Assembly: GCA_039932395.1 (NCBI GenBank)
Contig: JBDTQB010000002.1
Location: 1-41,522 of the forward strand
Reading direction: 5' to 3'
DNA length: 41,522 bases
Source of the DNA: Vicinamibacteria bacterium
GTDB lineage: Bacteria > Acidobacteriota > Vicinamibacteria > Fen-336 > JAGNNV01
Shown here piece by piece: positions 28,079-36,742 of the stretch. A program made the position numbers and the translations under genes. Numbering within the stretch: the first letter of the stretch is position 1; every line of letters starts with the position of its first letter. The notes beneath the pieces were generated by a model. It did no database searches. It was not told where the DNA came from and worked only from the letters and a program-made list of their open reading frames with translations.

Positions 28079-28171
28079 GTTGCCATCAACACGACGCGAC
28101 GATCCGCGAGGATGAACAACGCATGCGGCGGACGAGGGCAAGGGAGTCCGCGAGAATCTCGTTTTCTTAGT

Positions 28172-28846
28172 TCAAAGCCTGCCGAGCCAGGACTTCAATG
28201 CCTCGATCATCGCGGCTTCGGTCTGTCGGGAGTTGAGGGCGGAGCCGCGCGGCGTTTTGAAAGAATGATCCGCGGCCTCGAATAGCACTAGCTCCGCAGG
28301 CGGTCCCAGCCGCTCCACCGTGGCCTTGAGAAGGTCGAGGCGGGCGAACTCGTCACGCGTGCCTTGAAGAAACAGCATCGGTGACTTGATCTCGGGCAGA
28401 TGCGCATCGCGCAGTTTCGATTCCTGGCCCCGTGGATGGAGCGGATAGGCCAGGAATGCCAATCCGTCGCATACAAGACCGTGGGCCACCGCCTGCGACG
28501 CCATCCGGCCGCCCATCGATCGTCCGCCGACGATCACCTTCGTTGCGCCGAGGGTCGTCCGCGCATACTCCACCACTCGCGCGACCGCCGCTTCGAGAAC
28601 GGGCGCCTGGTCGGGGAACTTCCGCTTCGCTTCCTGATACGGGAAGTTAAAGAGAATCGTGGAGTACTGCCCCGGATCCAGGGCCGCAGCCACTGCGCGC
28701 AACTGGGGCGTCTGACGTGTGCCACCGGCGCCGGGGCCAAGGATGACCGCGCAGGGTCCAGCGCCATGAATGCTGATCGAAAATGGCTTGCCGTCGACGT
28801 CCAGCATCACGACGTTCTCTGGCGCGATCTCGCTCGTCGTCTTCAC
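28172..28846 (-). CDS. alpha/beta-fold hydrolase (dienelactone-hydrolase / KANL3-Tex30-like, COG3571-type)
   Basis: The 224-aa product has …AVILGPGAGG…, a nucleophile elbow GGRSMGGRMAS, and …FLQGTRDEF…ADHSF…. The ATGA overlaps the selB stop. Confidence 0.85.
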   Translation of the reverse strand: MKTTSEIAPENVVMLDVDGKPFSISIHGAGPCAVILGPGAGGTRQTPQLRAVAAALDPGQYSTILFNFPYQEAKRKFPDQAPVLEAAVARVVEYARTTLGATKVIVGGRSMGGRMASQAVAHGLVCDGLAFLAYPLHPRGQESKLRDAHLPEIKSPMLFLQGTRDEFARLDLLKATVERLGPPAELVLFEAADHSFKTPRGSALNSRQTEAAMIEALKSWLGRL

Positions 28847-30720
28847 AGAACGATCCTATCGGGGCCGACGCGTCGAGTCACCCGTTCGCGATCCAGCCAC
28901 TCAAGAAGCGGGATGACGTACTTCCGGGAGAGGCCGGTCAGGTCTTTGACCTCCGCCACATCGAGGCGCGTACCTGATTTGAAGCGCTCCCTGGCCTGGG
29001 CCTTGAAGCGATCGAGAACAGCCCGCGACAACAGCAGCCCCCCCCCGAGTCGCTCCGCCGCCTTCTCCTGAACCAGGACACGCACCGCGTTTTCGCACGC
29101 CTTCTGATCGAGTTTCATTTGAAGGTGGAGGTTCAACAAGGGCAGGCCTGCAAGCCCCGCGGTCGCAAGGGCGTTTTCCAACGCGAGGCGCGCCACGCCT
29201 TCCGGGCCGCTGAGTTGAACGGAGCGCTTGGGCAGCGCGATCAGATCCGCCGAGTCTTTGATGCGTCCCTCTCGGACGAGACGGTCCATCGCGTGTTCAA
29301 AGACACCCGGTCCGGCCTTGGCGAAGACGCGTCGCCGCATCTCTTCCTTCGAGAAGCCTTTCGCCAGCGGATCCTGCTCATGCAGCTGAGTCAGGCGTTC
29401 GATGACGACGCCCTCGAGACCCACAAGGCCCGCTACATCGATCGCAAGACCCTCGTCGCCGCCAAAGACAAACGCCGTAGACGCATTCTGCAGGAGCTGA
29501 CGGACCTGATCGACCGGAACCGCGAAGCGCATGGCTAGCGTCTGAAGCGAGAGACCGGAGACAAAGGCCTCGCGAACAAAACGCAGGGCCGCGTCCGCGT
29601 CACTTTCGGTCGCGGTGTTCTGAAGCGCCTCGATCTCGGCGCGACGTCGAGGTCGCGGCAACGGATCCAGCACCCGCCCGCCCGCGATGGTCTCCATGGG
29701 CGAATAGCTGCGCAGGACGATCCTGTCTCCACGGCCCAGAACGACCGGGCCTTCGAAACGAATCTCCGCGACCTGCATCGCCGAAGCGACGCTCTTCGCG
29801 GCCGCGAGACGGACCCGGCCGAGGACTTCAGCACTTCCCGCATGAATACGGACCCGCGCGTTGTTCTTGAGCGTGACTCCTTCCAGCACATGCAGTTCGA
29901 CGTGCGCGACCCGACTGAGCGCCATCGACGTCTCCCGCACCACCACATCCCCGCGGGTCAGATCTTCCACCGCGACGCCCGCGAGGTTGAGCGCTGTGCG
30001 TTCGCCGCACACCGCGACTTCGGCAGCTGCTCCGTGCACTTGAAGGCCACGCACGCGCGCGCGCTTTCCGGCGGGTTGGAGCATCACTTCGTCCCCCACC
30101 GCCACCGTCCCGCTCATCAGAGTTCCGGTGACCACGGTCCCGAATCCGCGGAGAGTGAAGACGCGGTCAATGGGAAGCCTCAGCACTCCAGATCGCGCGC
30201 GGGCTTCGGTGCCGCGAGCGACGGAGAGCAGGGCCGCGCGAAGGCTATCCAGGCCCAACCCCGTGCGGGCTGACACACTGACCATCGGCGCGCCTTCCAG
30301 AAACGATTCTTTGACGAGGTGACGCGTCTCGTCTTCCACCTGGCGCAACGTCGCGGCGTCCGCTGCATCCGACTTCGTGATCACGATGAGGCCGCTCGGA
30401 ATGGCCAGCATTCTGCAAATATGAAAGTGCTCGCGGGTCTGCGGCATGACGCCTTCGTTCGCCGCGACCACGAGCAACACCGCATCGATTCCAGAGGCGC
30501 CCGCCAGCATGTTGCGCACGAACTTCTCGTGGCCGGGCACGTCAATGAAGGAGGCCATGACGTCGTTCGACAACGGGGCGTGAGCGAAGCCAAGGTCGAT
30601 GGTGATACCTCGCTCCTTCTCCTCCTTGAGACGGTCGGGATCGGTTCCGGTGAGCGCTTTGACCAGGCTGCTCTTGCCGTGGTCGATGTGGCCGGCAGTG
30701 CCGATGATGAAGCTGCGCAT
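28843..30720 (-). CDS. selB: selenocysteine-specific translation elongation factor SelB
   Basis: [25 protein letters not shown]…[18 protein letters not shown]…[10 protein letters not shown]…ITKSD…[21 protein letters not shown]… is the GTPase and EF-Tu-like core. A ~280-aa C-terminal winged-helix region ends …[21 protein letters not shown]…. The 625-aa length is typical of SelB. Confidence 0.92.
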   Translation of the reverse strand: MRSFIIGTAGHIDHGKSSLVKALTGTDPDRLKEEKERGITIDLGFAHAPLSNDVMASFIDVPGHEKFVRNMLAGASGIDAVLLVVAANEGVMPQTREHFHICRMLAIPSGLIVITKSDAADAATLRQVEDETRHLVKESFLEGAPMVSVSARTGLGLDSLRAALLSVARGTEARARSGVLRLPIDRVFTLRGFGTVVTGTLMSGTVAVGDEVMLQPAGKRARVRGLQVHGAAAEVAVCGERTALNLAGVAVEDLTRGDVVVRETSMALSRVAHVELHVLEGVTLKNNARVRIHAGSAEVLGRVRLAAAKSVASAMQVAEIRFEGPVVLGRGDRIVLRSYSPMETIAGGRVLDPLPRPRRRAEIEALQNTATESDADAALRFVREAFVSGLSLQTLAMRFAVPVDQVRQLLQNASTAFVFGGDEGLAIDVAGLVGLEGVVIERLTQLHEQDPLAKGFSKEEMRRRVFAKAGPGVFEHAMDRLVREGRIKDSADLIALPKRSVQLSGPEGVARLALENALATAGLAGLPLLNLHLQMKLDQKACENAVRVLVQEKAAERLGGGLLLSRAVLDRFKAQARERFKSGTRLDVAEVKDLTGLSRKYVIPLLEWLDRERVTRRVGPDRIVL

Positions 30721-30738
30721 CTGGTTCGGGTGGATGGG

Positions 30739-32919
30739 CTACTGGAAAGCAGGTGCGAGAATCTCGATCTCCGAGAGGCACCATCCATCAAATGACTCAG
30801 CCCCCGGAGTCGCCCGCAACCGGATCGCCTGAACGGTTTTCGGTTCAGCGAAGGCGAAGCCCAGTCGTGCGAACCCGGGCGAGACCATCAGAGTGTCAAT
30901 GAGCTGGCGGCGATGCGCGGCATCGTAGGCGCTCAATTCCTCCCAGGACCCGTCGACGTTTCGTCCTTCGATCACGAAGGACGAAGGAAGCGCCTGGAGG
31001 CGGGTCAGCGGAAGCGTCACGCCGGACACCATTACCGACGCGCCGTGGAAACCTATTTCGATGAACTCGCCTCCATGAACCGGGTTCTCGCTCTTCCACA
31101 GCGTATCGAGATCAGCGTCGCCCAGCCGCCAGGCAGGACCGGCACTGGACCGATAAGCCCAGTCATGACTCGTGATTCGCACGCCCGACGGAAGAGGCGC
31201 CGCCTTCTCGATCGGCCGGGGCTCGATGCGATAGACCGCGTCCATTCCCGGGTCGCCCAGGTCGCCTCCCGACTGGGTGAGCACATGCGCGCGGTTTGGA
31301 AACGAGGCGACGAGGCGCAATTGCGACCGCGCCGGCTCACGCTCGGCGGCCTCCTTCATCGCGGCTCCTCCGTCACGCCCGATGTGGAGCACTAGGGTGT
31401 CCACCCGCACGCGCCGAAGCGCATCCAGAGTCTCGGAGCCCGGAAATTCCGCGAGGCGACGCCTCAGAATGGCGAGGAGGAGCGGCGGGAACGAAAGATA
31501 GGCCTCGGTGATCGGCTTCTCATGGAACAGCGAGTAGTACATCTCCAGCGACTCCATCCGCACGAGACCCTCGCCTTGGATGGGCGCCTCGGCCACGGCG
31601 GTGGCGGAGTCTGTCTTGAGGTACCGGTAAACCTCCGGGATATCTCCGCCCACCGGGATGCGCACCCAGTTCTGCAGCAGCGTCAAATGCTCCAGCGGAA
31701 GAATCAGACACAGGGCCAGGCGAAACCCACGCGAAGGCATGAGCGAGAGGCCGCGGGCCGCGAGGAGGCCCACGAACAACATGACGATCAGGGACAATCG
31801 TTCGGGGATGCGAAGACGCTGGAACAGGGCGACGTGATCGTAGAGAAATCCAAATGGGCCGGGCATGAGCTTGATCCCGCTCCATTGAACGTTCCGGCCG
31901 AGCGAAAGCAGAAGGAAGGTCAGAGCGAGGCCCGCGCCGGCCAGGACCCACGTGGAGGGTCGGATCAACGCCGTCTCGTCGCCCGCGCTCCCACGACCCA
32001 GCAGCGCGGCGACGATCGCCGCTGCGGCAAGGCCTAAGCCCATGAAGCCTACAAAGTGGGCGCCCATCTGCTGACCGCGGGTCTTCCGCCCGAGTGAGCC
32101 GTAAACGACGTTCCCGGCAAGCGGCGCGAAGTAGTGCTCGATTCCCATGGTCTGAGGAGCCTCGCGACGGTAGTCGTATCGGTTGTCCATATCGAGGTAG
32201 GCGTTCATGACGGGAAGGAAGAGCGCTGCCGCCAGCAGGGTCGGCACGGCAAGACCGCGCAGCCGGGTCACGGTCACGCGAAATCGGAACCAGAGATAAG
32301 GAACGAGGATCAGAACAAGGACGATGGATCCGTAGACGAGGTAGTAGTTCTCTGAGTAAGCCTGCGCGAGCATGAAGAGCGCCACCTTCCACGCGTCGCG
32401 CCGCTCGCCCGTTTCCATGTACCCAAGCAACGAACCGATGGCCAGGGGAAGGAACCCGAGAAACACGACGTTGACGCGCGGAGACTCGTTGAGCGCGTAG
32501 GTGTTGAAGGCGAACAGACAGCCGGCGACAAAGGCCGCCGGGTCGCTCAGCCCCAGCCGACGGGCAAGATGACGCGCCGACCATCCGTTGAACGTGTAGG
32601 CCAGCAGCGTGACCACGTTCGTGGCGAAGATCGGATTGCCGGTGATCCAAAGGAACGGAGCGGCAAGCAGAGCGATGAGAAGACGATGCGCTTCGAAGAG
32701 GGACGCGTGGGCATGCGGATACGCGATGCCGGCATCGAAGAGTTGTCCCGGCTGCTCAAACAGCCGGCGTGCCATCTCGCTCACGAAGTAAACGCTGCCC
32801 AGTCCGTCGCCGACGAAAGCGACGGTATCCAATGGATGCAACGACAGGGGCATCAGAAACACGATGCCCAAAACGCCGTACGCCAGAGCGACCGCGATCT
32901 CTCGCCCGAGACCTTTCAT
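30739..32919 (-). CDS. large polytopic membrane protein (GT-C-like glycosyltransferase architecture) with C-terminal discoidin (F5/8 type C)-like domain
   Basis: About 400 aa contain more than 10 TM segments, with an early loop …[19 protein letters not shown]… carrying acidic residues. An exterior domain follows. The last ~150 aa (…[15 protein letters not shown]…GEFIEIGF…VQAIRLRA…[10 protein letters not shown]) look discoidin-like. The function is inferred from architecture only. Confidence 0.75.
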   Translation of the reverse strand: MKGLGREIAVALAYGVLGIVFLMPLSLHPLDTVAFVGDGLGSVYFVSEMARRLFEQPGQLFDAGIAYPHAHASLFEAHRLLIALLAAPFLWITGNPIFATNVVTLLAYTFNGWSARHLARRLGLSDPAAFVAGCLFAFNTYALNESPRVNVVFLGFLPLAIGSLLGYMETGERRDAWKVALFMLAQAYSENYYLVYGSIVLVLILVPYLWFRFRVTVTRLRGLAVPTLLAAALFLPVMNAYLDMDNRYDYRREAPQTMGIEHYFAPLAGNVVYGSLGRKTRGQQMGAHFVGFMGLGLAAAAIVAALLGRGSAGDETALIRPSTWVLAGAGLALTFLLLSLGRNVQWSGIKLMPGPFGFLYDHVALFQRLRIPERLSLIVMLFVGLLAARGLSLMPSRGFRLALCLILPLEHLTLLQNWVRIPVGGDIPEVYRYLKTDSATAVAEAPIQGEGLVRMESLEMYYSLFHEKPITEAYLSFPPLLLAILRRRLAEFPGSETLDALRRVRVDTLVLHIGRDGGAAMKEAAEREPARSQLRLVASFPNRAHVLTQSGGDLGDPGMDAVYRIEPRPIEKAAPLPSGVRITSHDWAYRSSAGPAWRLGDADLDTLWKSENPVHGGEFIEIGFHGASVMVSGVTLPLTRLQALPSSFVIEGRNVDGSWEELSAYDAAHRRQLIDTLMVSPGFARLGFAFAEPKTVQAIRLRATPGAESFDGWCLSEIEILAPAFQ

Positions 32920-32961
32920 CGAAGAACCTGTGCTGCGGTGGCGCGGACGCTCGACGCGGGC

Positions 32962-35448
32962 CTACTCCGTTGAGCCACCGCCGGAGCTTCCGCCTTGACC
33001 GCCACCTTGGTTTCCACCTTGGTTCCCAGATGACGAACCGCCGTCACCCGAGCCGCCGCCGGAGCCACCCTCGCCAGACCCTCCGCCGTTCGCGCCGCCA
33101 TTTTGTCCGCCGCCCCCAGCACCCGGGCCGCGACGTCCGCGACGACGACGACGACGCTGCCGATCGCGATCCGGCTGACCGCCTCCGGCAGACGGTTCAC
33201 CGGCGTTCTCGCGATGAGGACGATCGCCCGAAGGCGCGGCGTTCTCTCCGCCGCCATTTCCTTCGCCTTGGGGAGGACGTGGCTGTTCACGGCGGGGACC
33301 ACGGCCTCCGCGATTCTGTCGCGGTTCGCGCGGCTGGTTCGGGTCGCGCGGCTGCTGGTTCTGATCGCGCGGCTGATTCGGATCACGCGGCTCGCGGGGT
33401 TCCCGAGGCTGGTTCGGATCCCTCGGCTCACGCGGTTGATTCGGATCGCGAGGCTGGCGCGGTTCGCGGGGCTGGTTGGGATCGCGCTGCGATTGAGTAG
33501 CGTCACCGCCCTGCTCACCCTCAGGCCGAGGAACGCCGCCATTCCGGCCACGTCCTCCGCGACGCCGACGGTTGCGACGACGCGGCTGATTCGGATCGTT
33601 TCCCTGATCCGGCCCACGATCGCCGTTGCCGTTGTGTACCGACGGATCGCCCGAGCCTTCCGGTCGCGGAGCGTCGAACGGCCTCTGCTCATCCCCTTCG
33701 CCACGAGGCGCGCCATCTCCCCCGCCCTGCTGCGGCGGACGCGGCCCACGATTGCGATCCGGACCCCGACGCTTCTGGTTTCGATTCTGATTCTGATTGC
33801 GATTCTGGTCGCGGCCGGCGTTCTGGCCCTGTCCCTGGCCCTGCGGCTGATTCTGGCCCTGCGGCTGATTCTGGCCTTGCCCCTGACCCTGTCCCTGTGG
33901 CCGTGGGCCTTGCGAACGCGGGCCTTGTGCGCCATTGCCCTGAGGCTTGTTCGGCCTCTTCTTGCGATCGCCTGGACGACCGCCGGCACCATTGCGACGC
34001 GCGCCGCCGTGACTAAAGCGACGCTCGCCTTCGCGACGCGGACGATGGGCGTGCAACTCCTTCTCGGAACCCCACGTGACTTCACCGCCGCCGGAGTTGT
34101 CCTCCGGCATGAAAGGCGTGGCTAGATCCGAGGCGGCGTCGCCTTGATCTTCGTCATCGCCTTCACCGTCGTCATCTTCATCGTCGTCATCGTCGTAGCC
34201 GTCGCTGTCCTCGTCGCCCTCGTCGTCATCGTCGTCATCGTCGTCATCACCATCTTCGTCGTCGTCTTCATCTTCTTCATCGTCATCGCCGTCTTCGGAA
34301 TCCTCACCGTCTTCGCGATCTTCATCCGAATCGTCGTCGTCCGAATCCTCAGAATCGTCATCCTCGTCGTCGTCGGCGGCGGCGGCGTCTTCGTCCTGAT
34401 CGGCGACCTTGGCGACGCGAGGCGCACTCTTGTTCGCAGCGGGAGCCTCCTCATCCGACTCGATGCGTTCGAGCTTGGCTTCCTGCACCGTCGACTCCGG
34501 CTCATCCGCCTCTGGCGCTTGCTCAGATGAAGCTGAAGGCGCAGTCCCAGGGGCGTCTGGCTTGGCCTTGACTGGTGCCTCGGTGGCGAGAGCCAGAGAC
34601 GCGATCGCCGCAGCGCGACGGCGGGCACCCGGATCTTCTTCACGGTCCTCGGGCGGCGGTCCGATGACCACTTGCTTCTTCGCCACCAGGGCGCGCGGCG
34701 GGATGGGGCGAGCGAGCGTCGGCACGGTTCCGCGCTGGCGCACCGCTTCATACAGTGCGATGCCGGCGGCCACGGACACGTTCAGGGAAGAGACCTGCCC
34801 AAAGACGGGCAGCGACACCACGTGATCGCAGTTCTCCTTGACCAGGCGGCGGATGCCTTTGCCTTCGCCACCCAGAACCAGAACGATGTTGCGTTTGTAG
34901 TCGATCGCGTCCCAGCGTTCCTTGCCGGAGCCGTCGAAACCGACGATCCAGAAGCCCTTGGCCTTGAGCGATTCGATCGCCTGGACGACGTTGCCAATGC
35001 GAGCGATCTTGACGCTTTCGAGGGCGCCCGCCGCGGTTCGCGAGGCGGCGTCGGACAGAGACGCCGTGTGACGGTCGGGAAGGATCACGCCATCGGCGCC
35101 CGCCGCATCCACACTGCGGATGATCGCGCCGAGATTGCGGGGATCTTCAACCCCATCGAGGAGCATGAACAGCGCGGGCGTCCGCGCGCTCTTCTGCAGT
35201 TCTTCGAGAGTGAGGAGGCCCTTCTCGGCGACGATGGCCAGAACTCCCTGATGACGTTCGCCGTCAGCCGCACGATCAAGAGCCTCACGCGGCTCGAAGC
35301 GCAGCGGCACGCCGCGCTCACTGGCCTTGCGGATCACTTCCAGGATGCGCTTGTTGCGCACACCTTTGGTGACCACGACGCGTTCGATGGTGCGAGAGCC
35401 GGCGGCAAGCGCCTCGAGAACGGGATGAATTCCACAAACTATGGGCAT
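32962..35448 (-). CDS. rlmB: 23S rRNA (guanosine-2'-O)-methyltransferase RlmB (SpoU/TrmH class) with ~585-aa low-complexity C-terminal extension
   Basis: Residues 1-~240 read MPIVCGIHPVLEAL…HQGVLA…LLDGVEDPRNLGAIIRS…VLGGEGKGIR…LPVFGQVSSLNVSVAAGIALYE. This covers the SpoU substrate-binding domain and the three SpoU motifs. The same frame has no stop until 32962. AAGGAA lies 7 nt upstream of the ATG. Confidence 0.85.
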   Translation of the reverse strand: MPIVCGIHPVLEALAAGSRTIERVVVTKGVRNKRILEVIRKASERGVPLRFEPREALDRAADGERHQGVLAIVAEKGLLTLEELQKSARTPALFMLLDGVEDPRNLGAIIRSVDAAGADGVILPDRHTASLSDAASRTAAGALESVKIARIGNVVQAIESLKAKGFWIVGFDGSGKERWDAIDYKRNIVLVLGGEGKGIRRLVKENCDHVVSLPVFGQVSSLNVSVAAGIALYEAVRQRGTVPTLARPIPPRALVAKKQVVIGPPPEDREEDPGARRRAAAIASLALATEAPVKAKPDAPGTAPSASSEQAPEADEPESTVQEAKLERIESDEEAPAANKSAPRVAKVADQDEDAAAADDDEDDDSEDSDDDDSDEDREDGEDSEDGDDDEEDEDDDEDGDDDDDDDDDEGDEDSDGYDDDDDEDDDGEGDDEDQGDAASDLATPFMPEDNSGGGEVTWGSEKELHAHRPRREGERRFSHGGARRNGAGGRPGDRKKRPNKPQGNGAQGPRSQGPRPQGQGQGQGQNQPQGQNQPQGQGQGQNAGRDQNRNQNQNRNQKRRGPDRNRGPRPPQQGGGDGAPRGEGDEQRPFDAPRPEGSGDPSVHNGNGDRGPDQGNDPNQPRRRNRRRRGGRGRNGGVPRPEGEQGGDATQSQRDPNQPREPRQPRDPNQPREPRDPNQPREPREPRDPNQPRDQNQQPRDPNQPREPRQNRGGRGPRREQPRPPQGEGNGGGENAAPSGDRPHRENAGEPSAGGGQPDRDRQRRRRRRGRRGPGAGGGGQNGGANGGGSGEGGSGGGSGDGGSSSGNQGGNQGGGQGGSSGGGSTE
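33319..33486 (-). repeat. ~6 degenerate in-frame 27-nt repeats encoding DPNQPREPR-type units
   Basis: The peptide is RDPNQPREPRQPRDPNQPREPRDPNQPREPREPRDPNQPRDQNQQPRDPNQPREPR. The plus strand shows recurring ggctggttcggatc / ggctgattcggatc blocks. Confidence 0.85.
33820..33900 (-). repeat. in-frame GQ/QNQPQG-coding repeats, including a perfect 2 x 18-nt tandem duplication (33841..33858 = 33859..33876)
   Basis: The plus strand has ctgcggctgattctggcc twice in tandem. The peptide is …GQGQGQGQNQPQGQNQPQGQGQGQ…. Adjacent gattct hexamer repeats at ~33783-33806 encode NRNQNQNRNQ. Confidence 0.9.
34129..34404 (-). repeat. in-frame Asp/Glu-coding trinucleotide-rich tract (~92 codons, mostly GAY/GAR)
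   Basis: The plus strand shows runs such as gtcgtcatcgtcgtcatcgtcgtcatc. The peptide is …DDDEDDDSEDSDDDDSDEDREDGEDSEDGDDDEEDEDDDEDGDDDDDDDDDEGDEDSDGYDDDDDEDDDGEGDDEDQG…. Confidence 0.9.
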
Positions 35449-35488
35449 TCGAAAATTCCTTATTTATGCAGCCGGCGCTTGAACGCCG

Positions 35489-36661
35489 TCATGAACGCGC
35501 CACCAGAGCCACCACCTGGGCAGCGATTCCTTCGCCGCGACCAATGGCTCCGAGCGCGTCGGTGCTTTTGACTTTGATGGACACCTGTTCCTGCTCGAGC
35601 TTGAGCAGGCCCGCGACGCTTTTTCTGATCGCGGGGAGATGTCCGGAGAGACGCGGCCGCTCAGCGATGAGGGTCGCATCCACGTTGACAATGGAAAGAC
35701 GGGCGCGAGAAAGGCGGGACAGAACCTCGCTCACGAAAATGGAAGAAGGGGCGTTGCGCAGCTTGGGGTTGCTGCTCGGAAAGAGCGATCCGATTTCGCC
35801 GAGACCACCCGCACCGAGGAGCGCGTCGCAGGTGGCGTGAAGAAGGACATCGCCGTCGGAGTGACCTTCGAGGCCGATGTCCGAAGGCACTCGGACTCCG
35901 CCGATCATCAACCGCTTCTTGGCGACGAGACGATGCGCATCGAAGCCGTGGCCGATACGAAGCGAGCCTTGGACCGGAGCGAGCAAACGACGCGCGCGAT
36001 CAAGGTCCTCAAGCGTCGTGATCTTGAAGTTCTGGGCGGAGCCCGCGACGGCGGCCACGGGAAGCGATTCCCGCTCGAAGGCCATCGCTTCATCGGTCAG
36101 CAAAACGCCCGCGCGGGCGGCTCGCGCGTAGACACCGAGGAGTACGGCCCGATTGAAGCCCTGCGGGGTTTGCGCCGCACCCAGGGCTTCACGATCGACC
36201 GTCTCGCCAATGCGACCGGCCCGCACGCGCTTGATCGTATCAACCACCGGAGCGACCGGAATGGCGGCGCCATGTTCACGGACGCCCTCAAGGACGCGAC
36301 TGACAACTTCGGCATCGACAAAAGGCCGCGCCGCGTCGTGCACCAGCACCACGCGATCGCGAGGCGTCGTACGCTTCAGACCGGCGCGGACGGAATCCTG
36401 ACGCGTCGCACCTCCCAGAACCACCGCTCGGAGCTTGCCGGTCGCAACCGTCTCTTCGCGCGCGATGGCTTCAAAACCTGTGGGCGCGACCACGACAATC
36501 GCCGCGACCGCTTCAGACGCCGCCAGGGCTTCGGCGCTGCGACGCAGCAAGGACTTTCCGGCAAGATCAATGAACGCCTTCGGCGTCTCTCCGCCCATGC
36601 GCTCGCCCCGGCCCGCCGCCACGATGATCGCGACCGCGCCAGACGTGCGTGACGTGTGCAT
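35489..36661 (-). CDS. ispDF: bifunctional 2-C-methyl-D-erythritol 4-phosphate cytidylyltransferase / MEcPP synthase
   Basis: The IspD part is …VAIIVAAGRGERMGGETPKAF…VLVHDAARPF…. The IspF part is …RIGHGFDAHRL…LEGHSDGDVLLHATCDALLGA…. ATG 36661 (MHTSRTSGAVAIIVAAG) is preferred over TTG 36733. Confidence 0.9.
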   Translation of the reverse strand: MHTSRTSGAVAIIVAAGRGERMGGETPKAFIDLAGKSLLRRSAEALAASEAVAAIVVVAPTGFEAIAREETVATGKLRAVVLGGATRQDSVRAGLKRTTPRDRVVLVHDAARPFVDAEVVSRVLEGVREHGAAIPVAPVVDTIKRVRAGRIGETVDREALGAAQTPQGFNRAVLLGVYARAARAGVLLTDEAMAFERESLPVAAVAGSAQNFKITTLEDLDRARRLLAPVQGSLRIGHGFDAHRLVAKKRLMIGGVRVPSDIGLEGHSDGDVLLHATCDALLGAGGLGEIGSLFPSSNPKLRNAPSSIFVSEVLSRLSRARLSIVNVDATLIAERPRLSGHLPAIRKSVAGLLKLEQEQVSIKVKSTDALGAIGRGEGIAAQVVALVARS

Positions 36662-36742
36662 CGAAGGCCGCGGGCTTCTGGAGGGAACGCTCCGCCTGGC
36701 CACGGTGCGAGGGGAACTGCGGGAGAAGGCCAATGCTCCGCC

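Noticed and set aside
27584-28171. A search by eye for tRNA-Sec (selC), tmRNA or SRP RNA in the gap next to the selB operon.
   Set aside because: No cloverleaf was found with a UCA anticodon loop and a GGTTCGA-type T-arm. No tmRNA 3' tRNA-like end (…GGTTCGAnTCC…CCA) was found, and no SRP GGAA/AGCA helix-8 motif was found. A covariance-model scan is still needed.
31520-32650. A 376-aa ORF on the minus strand, in an alternative frame inside the GT-C-like gene.
   Set aside because: The translation is Arg/Pro/Gly-rich with no hydrophobic segments. The 726-aa frame gives coherent TM helices and a folded C-terminal domain.
33319-33900. Tandem repeats that could superficially suggest a CRISPR-like or minisatellite array.
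   Set aside because: The units are contiguous without spacers, only 6-27 nt long, in-frame and coding, so this is not a CRISPR array.
32916-34751. Several long ORFs in other frames and on the other strand across the rlmB tail (32916..34085-, 34122..34751-, 33103..34125+, 34144..34530+).
   Set aside because: Low-complexity GC-rich repeats keep all frames open. Only the 32962..35448 frame is contiguous with the RlmB catalytic domain and its SD/ATG.
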